Shown here: positions 1 to 12,746 of the stretch, piece by piece
Layout of the letters: each line of letters begins with the position of its first letter
Numbering within the stretch: the first letter of the stretch is position 1
Assembly: GCF_001194135.2 (NCBI RefSeq)
Contig: NC_068993.1
Location: 22,641,801-22,705,800 of the forward strand
Direction: 5' to 3'
From: Octopus bimaculoides
Lineage: Eukaryota
Length of the DNA: 64,000 nt
Translations under genes and position numbers: made by a program
The notes under the pieces: model-generated
Told to the model about the DNA's origin: nothing
The model's input: the letters and a program-made list of their open reading frames with translations, nothing else
Databases searched by the model: none

Positions 1-246
1 TACATATATATATATATATATAAATGTATATATAATATATGCACACAAGTTATTTATTTGGTAATGCAGCATTTGGCGGGCTGTGCTTCTCATAGCACTC
101 ATATACTTGAAATTAAACTATCATCAAGAGTTAGGTGTCATCCAAGATTACAGAACACATTTACGAAATTCCATCAGTATCGATGATTCTTGTACTGTCT
201 CCAGAGATATTACCCCCACCCACTTCGTCATCATCTTGTCATGAAT

Positions 247-392
247 CCCCCTCTTCCTCGTTCTCCTCTTCCTCGTTCTCCTCTTCCTCGTTCTCCTCTT
301 CCTCGTTCTCCCCTTCTTCCTTCTCCTCTTCCCCCTTCTCCTCCTTCTCCTCCTCCTCCTCCTCATCATCATCATCATCATCAATCATCATT
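247..392. repeat. 15-bp tandem repeat (CCTCTTCCTCGTTCT, about 4 copies) grading into (TCC)n and (TCA)n
   Basis: Directly visible; it produces the low-complexity ORFs at 135-456. Confidence 0.85.
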
Positions 393-1619
393 ATCACCCT
401 TAATCTACCATTATTGCATTATCGTCAGTAGTGATCTGCGTCATAATTCCAGCTGATGATATCTGGTAATGACTCATGTCCAGGCTTGCAGATAACATCT
501 ATGTGCAAACAGTTTTCTCACCACTGCCTGGTGAGAATAATATCTGGGGAGTAATCCTGATCAAAGTTAGTGTATGAAACAGAATTTAATGAAATAACGA
601 TAAGGAAGATATTGGAATAAACTGAAAGTCACAACAAAAAGACCCTTTCAAAAGATCCTAGATCCTGTATGTAAATAAAGTACTATTTATATTGGAGGTA
701 AGTAAAAAATAGATCTAAAAGTAATGGAAGTCTTTCATATAGTTTAAACTTGATGTTTACGATTGTATAACTTTCCATAGTAACATCGTTACTTGGATGT
801 ATCTTTCAATTTAAATTTCTTTCCTACTGTTAAGCTGATTAGAATAGCTAAGTATGATTTTGGCAAAACGAAATGAAAGTTTGAAGTATTAGAAATTGAG
901 TTAAAAGAAAATTAAATTAAAAGCAAATTGAAAAGAATATTCAGTGTATTACACATGCTGTAACTAATAAGTAAATGTTTTAAAGAACTTTATACGAAAT
1001 TTGCTCTTAAATACCTCTGAAATATTATTAATATACCGAATTCCATTATTTCTGAAACCTATTTCTTGATATTGTTTAGAAATATGTGAGTACTTTGTTA
1101 TTTTCTGTAATCACTTGTTATTGATTCCAACATAAGATAAATGAAACTACATTTAGCGTATCAAATGAAAAAGAAATCAGAAAGTTTTAAGCTTTAAATG
1201 AAAATAAAATTAGTGTTACTTACTGCAATACGTTTTAAAGTTAGTTTCTCTTTCCAACTGCACGTTTTGAATACCACTATTTTCAGGATAAAATTCTCCT
1301 GAGATATGTTTCTTTACTGATATCGAAAGGTCGGCAGATATTTATCAATGTTCCTTGGGAATAATATCCGGATGAATTCCTTTCATTTCGCTGTTAGTAA
1401 GAACTAAATTATTCTATATTACGGTCAGATACTTAGTTCGTACTATTTCTGATATGTTTGCATTATGCACTTTATTTGCAGCCAAAATTCTTTAATACCA
1501 GTGAATTAAATAAGAAACGCTAATAGTTGCTTAACATTAGAAATAACAGCTTAATCCCTCTCAAATCACCCTTTACAAGCTTAATAAAAAGATACATTCG
1601 ACAAAGTAAAGTAAATAAA

Positions 1620-1925
1620 TCCTATCGTTTTCCGTCGTTGAGTATTTTGATTGTTTGATCAACAGAGTTCGCTGTTCAGTGAATTGGCATGTAAGTGGCC
1701 GAGTATCTCACAGACGATTTTTCATAGCATAATTCTCAAGTGAATTCACCGTGACACAGTGTGATGAGGATGAACTTTTGAGAAATTACAAGAATATTTC
1801 ATCCGACGAGCTTTCGCACAGTTTCCGTCTACTCAATTGCACCAACAATGACTTGTTCGACACCAGCACAGGAATCACACATTGCGAAGTGACCTTCTCA
1901 GCCAAACTATCCTCTCATTGTGCAT
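1620..1925 (-). mobile_element. Degenerate tRNA-derived SINE
   Basis: Contains a reversed B-box-like head (ggaatcacacattgcg) and a body resembling the other SINE bodies in the window; heavily diverged. Confidence 0.5.
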
Positions 1926-2159
1926 TAGGATATTTCGTATACAAGTATAGAAACTAGTCATGCTTATGATAGGCTTAGTAACATAATTTACTCGTTTAAG
2001 AATTATTTAGCAGTTTACTACAGCTTGGGAGAGAACAATAGAATAAGAACTATAACAGCAGCAGGCTAATCGTCAACAACTACAACTAACGAGAATATAT
2101 TCTTGATTATGAATGTCTTAGCTCCAGCACAGCTTGATATCTCGATATTCTGTAATACA

Positions 2160-2327
2160 GTTCTATATTTAAGAGATGAGGAGTTATGTACATTATTTAC
2201 ATTATTTACAATTGACGGATATTTGTCCTCATCTTGTTTGTTGTTTCGGCTGATATACCCTCCAACCTTCATCAGGTGTCTTGGGGAAATTTCGAACCAG
2301 GTTTCTCATTTCGAAGGTGTTGATCGA

Positions 2328-2373
<46 letters not shown>

Positions 2374-2700
2374 CTTCTTCTTCTTCTTCTTCTTCTTCTT
2401 CTTCTTCTTCTTCTTCTTCTTCTTCTTCTTCTTCTTCTTCTTCTTCTTNNNNNNNNNNNNNNNNNNNNNNNNNNNNNNNNNNNNNNNNNNNNNNNNNNNN
2501 NNNNNNNNNNNNNNNNNNNNNNNNNNNNNNNNNNNNNNNNNNNNNNNNNNNNNNNNNNNNNNNNNNNNNNNNNNNNNNNNNNNNNNNNNNNNNNNNNNNN
2601 NNTTATTATTATTATTATTATTATTCAGGCCACTGCCGGGAATCGAACTCGGAATCTTGGAGTTAGTAGCCCGCGCTCTTAACCACTACCACATACCCGG
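2160..2700 (-). mobile_element. tRNA-head + microsatellite + hammerhead element, copy 1 (ribozyme 3' arm deleted)
   Basis: Minus strand reads GTAGTGGTTAAGAGCGCGGGCTACTAAC...GTTCGATTCCC...CCTGAAT, then (AAT)n/gap/(AAG)n/(AAC)n, then ...CCCCAAGACACCTGATGAAGGTTGGAGGGTATATCAGCCGAAAC|AACAAACAAGATGAGG...CTCTTAAATATAGAAC. Colinear with 47565-47868. Confidence 0.85.
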
Positions 2701-2740
2701 GCATATGGCGTAGTAGTTAAGAGCGCGGGCTACTGACCGC

Positions 2741-3649
2741 AAATGAAATCCAAATTAAAACTAGAACAGCAACGGACCATGATAAAACGATGGCAAGAAA
2801 AGCCCCTACATGGCAAAGTCTAGGCTAAACTAAATGCAAAAGAAATAGACAGAGAAAAATCTCAGCAATGATTGAGAAACTCAGGACTCAAAGCAGAGAC
2901 TGAAGGATTTTCAATTGCAGCACAAGACCAAAGCCTCCCCACCAGAAATTACCAAAAACATATAATGAAAAGAAACATAACAAGTAACTGCAGAATATGT
3001 GGAGATGGAGAAGAAACAATAAATCATATTATCTCTGGCTGCCCAGTCCTGGCTAAGAAGGAATATATTCACAGACACGACAGAACTGGGACCTATATAC
3101 ACTGGAAGCTATGCCAACACTATGGAATAACAACAGAAAAAAGATGGTATAAGCACACGCCAGAAAAGGTCACAGAAAACGAGAAAGCAACTATACTCTA
3201 GGATATGCCAATACACACAGAGATATTAAGACCAATAGGCCAGGTATAGTTGTTAGAGAACATGAAGAAAAATTGCTTTCGAATTGATGTTTCAATACCA
3301 GCAGATGACAACGTTTCTCTAAAAAAAATGGAGAAACTTTCAAAATACAAAGACCTGGAAATAAAGGTAACTCGAACATAGAATCTAAAAGCAGAAACAA
3401 TTCATATCATAGTGGGCGCATTAGGCATAATAAAACATATTCAGACAAATACAGAACAAAAAGACCAGGACTTACAATGAAATATAACATACAGAAAATT
3501 GCACTACTGGGCACTGCACACATCATACGGGAAACACTTTCAATACAGTAACCATAAGAGCTTCACAGCAAACCACCGCACATACCCAAGGCACACAGAG
3601 CTGCGTTCGGTAGTGAAGTGAAAGCACGTTATAAAAATAAAACTACTGG

Positions 3650-3650
<1 letters not shown>
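2741..3650 (+). mobile_element. 5'-truncated R4/Dong-like (RLE) non-LTR retrotransposon 3' region
   Basis: CCHC knuckle CRICGDGEETINHIISGC; remnants of the PD-(D/E)xK endonuclease (RP..VV...LIDVSIPADDNVSLK.MEKLSKYKDL); 3' UTR ending AATAAAACTACTG followed by (TAA)n; stops and frameshifts present. Confidence 0.9.
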
Positions 3651-3727
<77 letters not shown>

Positions 3728-3870
3728 TCGAAAAATACCTTAGGAATGAGAACCCAGATCCGAAATTTCCCCAAGACACCCGATGAAGGCTGGAGGGTAT
3801 AACAGCCAAAACGTTGTGTTAACAACAAACAAGATGAGGACAAATATCTTTCTATTGTAAATAATGTAGA
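3651..3870 (+). mobile_element. Hammerhead element copy 2, body only (its head lies at 2696-2737, separated by the Dong insertion)
   Basis: (AAT)n, then AACATCGAAAAATACCTTAGGAATGAGAACCCAG...ACAC CCGATGA AGGCTG..CAGCC AAAA CGTTGTGT. Near-identical to 47695-47830, with two core mutations. Confidence 0.85.
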
Positions 3871-4989
3871 TATTTTGTGTTCTTTACCAAGCTAGCCAAC
3901 ACATGAATGGATATGTCTTGCTGAAGAGGTCTTATAAACTCGAATAGTATCTGAAGTAAGAGCTAATCTGTCAAAGATCATATTGTTCTTTGCTTCTCTG
4001 CATTGTCTATTTCCAATTGTTACTTACTGAAACTCAACCGATCTGAAAAAAGTAGTTACATATTTACTGATCTTGTGTAGTCACCTTGCTTTTGATTAAT
4101 TGTCGTAAGCATGGAGTGTGACAGCACTTCCTCTTCTTTTTTTCAAGTAGTTTGCGTTGAAAAAAATCCACCAAAACTTTGTAAATAATGTTATTACTAT
4201 CAATTTGATAACCTTTCAAGATGCATACGAATGATTCTTGTAAAATACAACGTAAGTGTCTGCATAATATACAAGTCCATATAGTATACAGCTCTGCTAT
4301 GACACACACGTCCAAAATAGACACTTCCTCGAGTAGCAGATATTCTCGTCTACGAATCTTTAGTTTTCAAAGCTTGAATTCAGATATAAACCCAATTTGC
4401 GTTATACTATATTGTGTCGAAATCCAAAATTTCTGAAGTAAATTCTCTTGATTTCTCTTTAAAACTTTATATCATAGTCTATATTTCTTTGTGATGATCA
4501 CATATAATGTTAATGCACAAACATTACAAGCCTAGATATTCTTGTAAAACCTCACAGGATCAGATTAGTAATTTTCAATAAAATAATTTGGCTAATGTAC
4601 TTCACAAATGCCCCTATAAATCTCACTGCCTTAAATTAAAAATACATTAGTGTCACTTGGATTGTTCACATCTTTTATGGTTGTCAAGCCTCTAATATTT
4701 GATACATCACTATTATTGAACGTAATTTCTACTTGTCACTTATACTTCTACACTCTTAGAAATAGTTACCACATATATCGATCGTATTAGAAAGGAGACA
4801 CGATAATGAAGTTCTTCATATACCACCAAAATCTTTACCTACGCTAGAGAGAATGGTCATATCTTATATGAATTTGAAAGTTGATTTGTGCAAATAGGAC
4901 AAGACGAACGGGAAATATAAATAACAACTACGTTGATAACTTCTGATTACTTGTTTTAAACAAATGATTCGATTTCAAATTACTTATTT

Positions 4990-6100
4990 TTGAAATTCAC
5001 GACGAGAGTCTATGTGTTTTTTGAAACCTTCATGCTTGTACTATGGTTCTTCTGTGACGTATTCCATTTGCTTGACAAGTTGCCAATGCAAAACTGTTTT
5101 TCTAGGGTTTTTCCACCCAATATCACCATTTTCTACTCCTACGTTTTTCCCCTCTATTCATTTTCCATTGAGCATTCATACGCATATACATTCTTTTCAG
5201 TTTTTCCAATATATCCGCGAGTTTCCTTTAATATTCATCTGCTTCTCTCCTCTCTTGTTATATGCAATATCATTGCATTACAGGTGTTATCCATAGTTAA
5301 GTTTCATTTACCGGCGTATCAGTGCGTTTAATCTATTCGATATTTTGTTCAACGAATGATGGCATGGGGTGGGATCAGTTGCTTCTGGCTAATCCGTACC
5401 TATTCTAACTGTTACTTCATTTACATATGACATACTGCGGATGGTTTTGGATGGGAAAGTTATGATCTTATATTGCAACAAACATAGTTCAAGCTTTTGC
5501 CTTGCACTTTTCAGGTAGTTTCTGCCAGTTTACTTTGTCGACCTCCTTGTTCAATTCTTTACGTGTTAATTATCTTAAGGTCTTTTCTGGCCAGTGGTCT
5601 TTGCAAGGCATTCTGTAACATAGATTACGTTTGAGGTTTATTTACGAATGCATTTTTACTTGCTACACACGATTGTCTATAATTTTCGTGTATGTTTTAT
5701 ATAAGCTGGCTTCTTTAAGTAGCAAAATTTTTTGCGCATGTTTTGTAACTATTTGTATTATTTCCCAATTATTTTTTTATTGTGTTCTAAGTTTCGCTTT
5801 CTTGTGGAAATTGATCGTTGTTTCTGGTGTTATTTTAGTGTTTCTTGTGATGTATAAAACATATTGTGAGTTGTATAAATCGGGTTTGTATGAAGCTAAA
5901 AAACTTCGAGAAAATATTTGGAGTTCGTGTAATGAAATAGTATCTGACAAGGATAGTCAGAAAAGTTTGTTGAGAAGTTTGAGGAAAATCAATATTAGGT
6001 ACAAACAAATTACGAAAAACATTTTAGTTTCGATAACAATTTCAACGTCGGAACGATGTCAAATCACTTCCGATCTAAGGAGTTGTGTAAAAAATGAAGA
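4990..6100 (-). mobile_element. Highly degenerate non-LTR (L1-like) ORF2 3' remnant
   Basis: Only short motifs are readable on the minus strand (e.g. LLQYKII); A-rich, multi-stop coding-like composition. Similar-looking decayed tracts occur at about 7600-8050 and 13300-13880. Confidence 0.3.
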
Positions 6101-8249
6101 AATCCATTGTCGTGATAAAATAATGAAATTCTATTGAAACTTATGTCCGTAAAAATACGAAATAAGCTAATTTTATTTCTTTCTATTAACTTTGCTTGTA
6201 AACTTTCAGAGGGACATTTTATATAATTAAACGGTCTTTTAATCGTATTCATTGATTTCCACTTTCTCAAAGAAATTCTTTTCGGTTAATAATTAACCAA
6301 CAAAGAAAATAACGAAAATGTTCTTTCCCCAAATCTGCTCACTTACTTATAGCTAGTTAAAACTGACTGATATTTTTCCAGGCAGAAAATCGAAAATTTG
6401 TGATAACTCCACCTTGGAGGTGATGATCAATTATACCTATAACTTACCTTGCTTAATAATATAGTTTAATAAATAACGTGTTCAAATTATCATTTATTAG
6501 GACGGAATTCGTAAAATTAAGTGGTTTTTGAACCAACGATATTAGTTATAACTACTCAAACACTTTGTCTCTAGGCTAGAGGCGCACTTGTCATACATTT
6601 TGCTAATGATTCTATTCATTACTGTGTAATATCAGACATAACTATTATATAACTAAATTTGTAATGAAAGAAATGCGGCCATATACAGCAGGTGCAATTA
6701 TAATCAAACCAAATGTTCTTATTGCAACTCAAGAGCAACATAATAAATTGGAATATCGTGAGCAATGCGAGTTAATATTACTCTCTCTACCAGAACAATG
6801 ACAGGAAGTCCTGATGTTTTTTGCGAAAATTTGAACAACTTTGTTCTAAGATACGAAATTGACCGTGCTATGACTTATAAATAACTGAGAGCACTGACAT
6901 TAATCATGCATTGCTTCTTTGTTATGTGCGCAGCTTTTCCCCAGATGTTTCTGACGTTATACATTATACAGATGAACATTGCTTTTGCTGTATTGAAAGA
7001 AACGCCGAATGTGTAATTTTAAAGTTTAAAGACATATAATCTTCCTTCCTACTACGTGCTAGGTATTATCTGTGATACATAGTAAATAAGTACGCTTGTA
7101 GTAAAAAGTAATCTGTTACCAGGATAGAAGAATGTTGCACTAACTAATATACATTTAAATATCAATTACTTTTCAACAAGCCCATAAACGAATAATGTTG
7201 ACAGAAGAAAGGAGTGTCTAGCGATAGCATCAACTGACTCCACATTTCTTGCTAAGCTTTATGTCCTCGCAGATATGATCCTGTCAGCAGCTATGTCTAC
7301 TTGGTGATGTACTGAAACTTTAGCGTCAAAGAAGGTAAAAAATGGTAAACATGCCTCAAATATGGTATATGGTTACGATCTGGCAACAGTAATCATGGAA
7401 ATATCTGTTTAAATGAGGCGATCTAAGTAGACTGTCAAGTCATAATTATTGAAGTATTAAAAGAGAATTAACTTTTTCGAAGAGGACATGAACAAAAAAT
7501 GAGTGGATAGAATTGTGATTTAAAATCACCTTCAAACTGAAATAATTATCATAAGTCGCACAAACGTGAAACAAAAATTAAGTAGAGTAGAAGTCATGAT
7601 AACAAATTGGACAAAAATATGTAAACCATATCAGACTCCGTAACTTTACATACAGTCCTAAATTAGATTTGTTAGATATCGTTACAGACTATATAAGATA
7701 CTTTCAATTCAATAGTATAACTCAGACCCTACTCTGTACTCATAAAATATTCTATACAATCATCACCCGAGAAATTAGCAAAACACACACGACATATACC
7801 TTATGCAATCACTAACCAACGAAATGACACAACACATATTATTACAAGTTTATTACTCGATTCTGTACCAGTAATATAACACAGATGCACAGAATATAAT
7901 CTGCTCAACTTTTGTGTAACTTTCAAACAGTTGGTGCCAGTCACGCAACACCTACAGATCTTAAGTACCTCTCATTCTAATAAAACTTTTTTCAAGATAC
8001 CGAGCCCATATTAATATTGGTAATCTTTTAAACTTGATAATACAAAAATATATATAAGCATAAATCTTTAAATTGTTCTTTATTTTAAAAATGACCTATA
8101 CTATTTTGTAAAAATAACAAGTTGAAGTATAATCCTGTCGGAAATTATGAAGTTTTAGTAATAAGTTAGTTTTTATCGTTTCTGAACAAGGCCTTGACTA
8201 AGGTTCCAATAACATCTTATTAAAAATCATTAACGCCTTATGTTTGCTT

Positions 8250-9200
8250 GTAAGTATTGAAACGAGAAATTTGAGTACTTATTATCTCCTGCATTATATT
8301 GTAGCCTTTTCGTCTACTCTGTGTTGTTAATGTTTTCAACAGTGTTGTGTTTATTATTCTGAGCAATCCTCTCAGCAATGGTTCCAATGCTGTCCATACT
8401 ACCTCTCAAAATTGTTCTACTCATGCTTTTCGTATTACGTTGATTTAATACATCTTTACCTAGGTCCTGATGAAAACCTTTAGGGGTAGAGTCAAACTGC
8501 TCGTTTTGCTCAAATTGCTGTTGTAAATTTGCAGATCACCAGATTTGTTTCAATTTAGCGAGTTTCTGTTGGTTTTGGCTTTCTTTGATTATGTTTACAC
8601 CTTTCCTTTATATATTACACATCTATAGTACATATCTTTTTCACTTTTCTCTTTTAGTTCAGTTGTCTTGTTATTGATTTCAATAAATGTAAGATCTATT
8701 CTCATGCCTTCGATCAGCCTTTTTGTTTCGGTTTTGATATGTTTAGTATAAGCAGATCTGAGTGGGGTAAATGTTTTTCTTTGCCAGTAACAGTTGTATG
8801 TATTATGTTGTTTAATCTTGTGATATGGATGTTCGCATCTGTTTCTACTAAGTCAGTGATGGCGACGTCTTCATTTTTATTGTTGTTGCTATTCTATTAT
8901 TGAGTTCTAGCCGTGGGATTTCTTTGGTCCAAAGGAAGATCTAAAGTTTTATTATATCTACCTTTCCATATTCTTGGTCTTGTTTTCAACAGCAAAACTT
9001 TATATATTTTACATATATATATTCTGCAGAGGTTTTAGATTTTGGAGTTTGCTCTGTTTTGTCACTTTGTTTGTTTTGCAAGTGTTACATATGTTTCCAG
9101 GATTTACGTGCTCAATGTTTTTATTCGCCGCAGTGATGTGTATATTACATAATTTTCTATAATGTATTCTCTCTTTGAGTTGTTTACCATAACCATCTTC
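8250..9200 (-). mobile_element. Old R4/Dong-like LINE fragment (region N-terminal to RT)
   Basis: Minus-strand NEQFDSTPKGFHQDLGK resembles the N..F..NPK.FY..LGK motif of R4/Dong ORFs; many stops. Confidence 0.5.
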
Positions 9201-9443
9201 CACCACCACTACCTCCCCCTCATCTACTCCTCCCCTCCTCCTTCCCCTCATCATCATCTTCAATCAACCAGAATAAAAAAGAACACCACCACAGTGCGTT
9301 TCTCTGCCCTAGGTCTCAGAAAAACATTCGGCAAAAAATGGAAACAGAATTGAAAGATAATAATAATAATGATGATGATGATGATGATGATGATAATGAT
9401 AATGATAATAATGATGATGATGATGATAAGGATAATAATAATA

Positions 9444-9814
9444 ATGAGAGCACTCAGAGAGCACAAACCTCCGCCAAAGCAATACCAACGCCCTCTCAAC
9501 GATTATCCAGTGATGATTTTTAAAATGAGAATATCTGAAATAAACTCGGCTGCTCTCACATACGAGAATACTAAGAATGAACACCAGCGCTCTCAAATAT
9601 TATGTAAAAAACAAGAAAAATAATCCAGAATCCTTGTCCAGTACCAGATTAATCCCAGCATCTAATCAGTTCATGCCAGTTACGAGGCCAAACATCCCTG
9701 GAAGTTTCATTCGAATCTATGTTGCGGTTCTTGAAATATCTTGTCCACGGTCAAACAAACAAACAAAGAAATACGACTGAAAACAATAGCTCCGCCTTCG
9801 CTAAGGCGGAGTTA
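9444..9814 (+). mobile_element. Non-autonomous Helentron-type (HINE/DINE-1-like) element
   Basis: 5' GAGAGCACTCAGAGAGCACAAACCTCCGCC sub-terminal motif; internal (CAAA)n; 3' hairpin TAGCTCCGCCTT-CGCT-AAGGCGGAGTTA whose arm is complementary to the 5' CTCCGCC; embedded in (AAT)n on both sides. Confidence 0.6.
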
Positions 9815-9823
9815 ATAATAATG

Positions 9824-9896
<73 letters not shown>

Positions 9897-10019
9897 CAAT
9901 AATGATAATAATACTAATGGATGCCCTGATGCAGTACCAGGTAGTAGTTCTCATGGCTTCTCATCTTAACTGATTGGAAGTATAATCATGCACATTGTTT
10001 AGTCTAAGTATAAAAGATG

Positions 10020-10474
10020 AGCTACAGCAAACATTTTGCTCAATACCACAGATTTGCTTGTCGGTTGTTTGACCTTAACCAGTTGAGCATGTCACTCAGT
10101 GGCTGACGATACGTGTATCTCTGATCACGAGAAGAAGTAGTGGGGGGAACATCATAGCCATGTGTTCAGAGGAATTCTTTGGGATTTGGATAATTCACCT
10201 TTAGAATCATAGGTGTTTCATTCAACATCGTTAAACAACCATTATTCAGGGACCTTTTGAGCGGGATGGGCTGCTTAACCTGAAAAATATTCTAACTGGG
10301 CCCCACCTGCAAGGTCATGCGCTGTTAATCTTGGTATGAGATCACCATTTCACGCACATATGTTTGTGATACATGTGCCAAGTGTACCGTTATCAGACAG
10401 GTAGTTATGATGGGTATACTGGGTTTTGTATATTTTACCCCAGTGTCATCTTGATGGTATGCACTGTTCTCTCA

Positions 10475-10478
<4 letters not shown>
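10020..10478 (+). mobile_element. Unclassified interspersed repeat of about 450 bp ending in an (AAT)n tail
   Basis: GC-richer block with a sharp boundary and an (AAT)n tail. There is a single copy in the window, so family status rests on resemblance only. Confidence 0.4.
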
Positions 10479-10555
<77 letters not shown>

Positions 10556-10569
10556 TAATAATAAAAAAA

Positions 10570-10766
10570 AATACCAGGACTTACAAATATATATAACATA
10601 CAGAAAATTACACTACTGGGTACTGCACACATTCTACGCAAAACACNNNNNNNNNNTCAATACAATAAACATAAGAGCACCACAGCAAACCACAGCACAT
10701 ACCCAAGGCGCACAGAGCTGCGCTCGGTAGTGAAGTGAAAGCACATTATAAAAATAAAACTACTGA
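10570..10766 (+). mobile_element. Short 3' end of an R4/Dong-like LINE
   Basis: Matches 3455-3650 (ACCAGGACTTACAAAT...AATAAAACTACTGA); flanked by (AAT)n on both sides. Confidence 0.9.
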
Positions 10767-10768
10767 AC

Positions 10769-10801
<33 letters not shown>

Positions 10802-10806
10802 TAATG

Positions 10807-10875
<69 letters not shown>

Positions 10876-10877
10876 GA

Positions 10878-11330
10878 TACCTATCTAAAGAATACCAATG
10901 ACGGGATGCTCGAACTTGTCTGCAGACATGAAAGTGTCACGACACAACACTCAGTATCAAGAGACGATATAAAGGAGTTAAAGATCGTTGAGACCGACGG
11001 TCAACAAATACAAGCACAAGCCACAATCTCACAGCTATGTAGCAGATGGAAATATAAGACATTACACGGTAAATACAACTAAAATGCCAGTAATCCTGAA
11101 ACATGTCTGTAGGTGTTGGCATCTGGGCTTAAACCAGGCACAGAGCGATTTATTCTAATAGCATAGGATAAGTGCCTATCCACTAGAAATTAGAAAGCCG
11201 ATATTCTTACAAATCAGACACTTGCCTGACAATGAGATTATGGAAGAGTATCAAAGAACTACACGGCAGATGTTGTGCTGAGAGAACTTGCCCGACAAGA
11301 TATCGATCTCTGATATAACAATATCGGGAC
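10878..11330 (+). mobile_element. Older R4/Dong-like subfamily fragment
   Basis: RWKYKTLHGKY...GLKPGTERFILIA*DKCLSTRN matches the W..K.LHGKY...GLK.ETEGF..AAQDQ.L.TRNY segment of the younger copies. Confidence 0.7.
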
Positions 11331-11354
11331 TATACATACACACACACACATATA

Positions 11355-11478
11355 TATACATACATATATACGACGGGCTTCTTTCAGTTTCCGTCTACCA
11401 AATTCACTCATAAGGCTTTGGTCGGCCCGAGGCTATAGTAGAAGACACTTGCCGAAGTTACCACGCAGTGGAACTGAA
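11355..11478 (-). mobile_element. tRNA-derived SINE 5' half
   Basis: Reverse of GGTTCAGTTCCACTGCGTGG...GGCAAGTGTCTTCTACTATAGCCTCGGGCCGACCAAAGCC...GGAAACTGAAAGAAGCCCGTC; same family at 35205-35370 and 56890-57310. Confidence 0.85.
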
Positions 11479-11518
11479 CCCAGAACCATNNNNNNNNNNT
11501 TGTTGCAGATATTACAAT

Positions 11519-11583
<65 letters not shown>

Positions 11584-11616
11584 GTAGTAGTAGTAGTAGT
11601 AGTAGTGGTAGTAGTG

Positions 11617-11664
<48 letters not shown>

Positions 11665-11671
11665 ATAGTGC

Positions 11672-11727
<56 letters not shown>

Positions 11728-11728
11728 T
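11519..11728. repeat. (CTA)n directly followed by (GTA)n, a self-complementary microsatellite
   Basis: About 21 CTA units, then about 48 GTA units, centred on ACTAGT at about 11580-11585. Confidence 0.95.
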
Positions 11729-12746
11729 TTTGACAAGTAATCTGATTTCAAGTAGAAGTATGATTTAATTTCATTTTCGATTATTTAGTTTGATCTTAAA
11801 TCCAATGAGTCAATCAAGATTCTAGATTTGGCCAGTTTTCAACTTAGTCTTGATCTGAACAGTCAAGATAATTTCAACGTTTATTATATTTTTTCTATCA
11901 ACACATTTCTTTTCCAAAAGATTCTGAGTTCTCTTTCTTATTTCAATTAATCTCTTCCACTTCAAATATAATTAGTTCAGTTACCTTATATGTCGAGTAA
12001 TCTGCGGCGTCATTTTAAAATCAGACTCAGAAATCAATAAAAACATCGTGCTGTTGTAATTTTTCCTTATTGCATTTGAAGTGAACAAATTCTCAATTTG
12101 CATTCGCTGCCGCCACAGATGTACTTTCTTAGAAATATATCTTATAGGAAAATTGCTCCGAGTCTCGCCAAGAGGTTTTATCATTCCTTTTACTATGTTT
12201 TTCTTAATCTCGGATGTTTATTGTTTTAAACTTCCATTATAGCCAAGTTCCCATTTTCTCAAACAATTCTTTACAAGTGTTCCAACTGGGCATGAACTGG
12301 ATTGTCATCACACTGATAGCACTCAGATAGAAAATAGAAAGGCTAAATAGTGGTGGAAATTTACACGCGAGAAATTTCATTTTCAGTTGCAATAGAAATG
12401 TCAGTTGATAAAACTAAATTCTCGGAAACTGACTCCAATATAAAGATCAATTCTAATTTCAATGAAATTAATAACTTTATTGATTCCAATTCAATTTTGT
12501 TTTCTGTTTATTGTAGTTCGATGTTATTTTGAAATATTTACGATTCCTTGACTATATACTGCATCGATTCAGGTCAAATAAATATATTTTTTTTATCATT
12601 TTGAAATTCGAACATAGAAAAAATAGGAACTCAGAAACCACAAAAAAAATAAATAAATAAATATCGGTTACACAAATATTCTTGTAGGATCTTAAATTAT
12701 TGTTTAAAAGAAGATAGTAGGAATGCTATAAAGCAAGTTAACTTAC

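Noticed and set aside
403-498. Possible next exon MLSASLDMSHYQISSAGIMT after exon C
   Set aside because: Weak acceptor, no convincing donor, and poor alignment to the expected AL..GM...Y.YI.T.LD segment.
9787-9814. Rho-independent terminator-like hairpin
   Set aside because: The DNA is eukaryotic and there is no U-tract; it is better explained as the terminal hairpin of a rolling-circle element.
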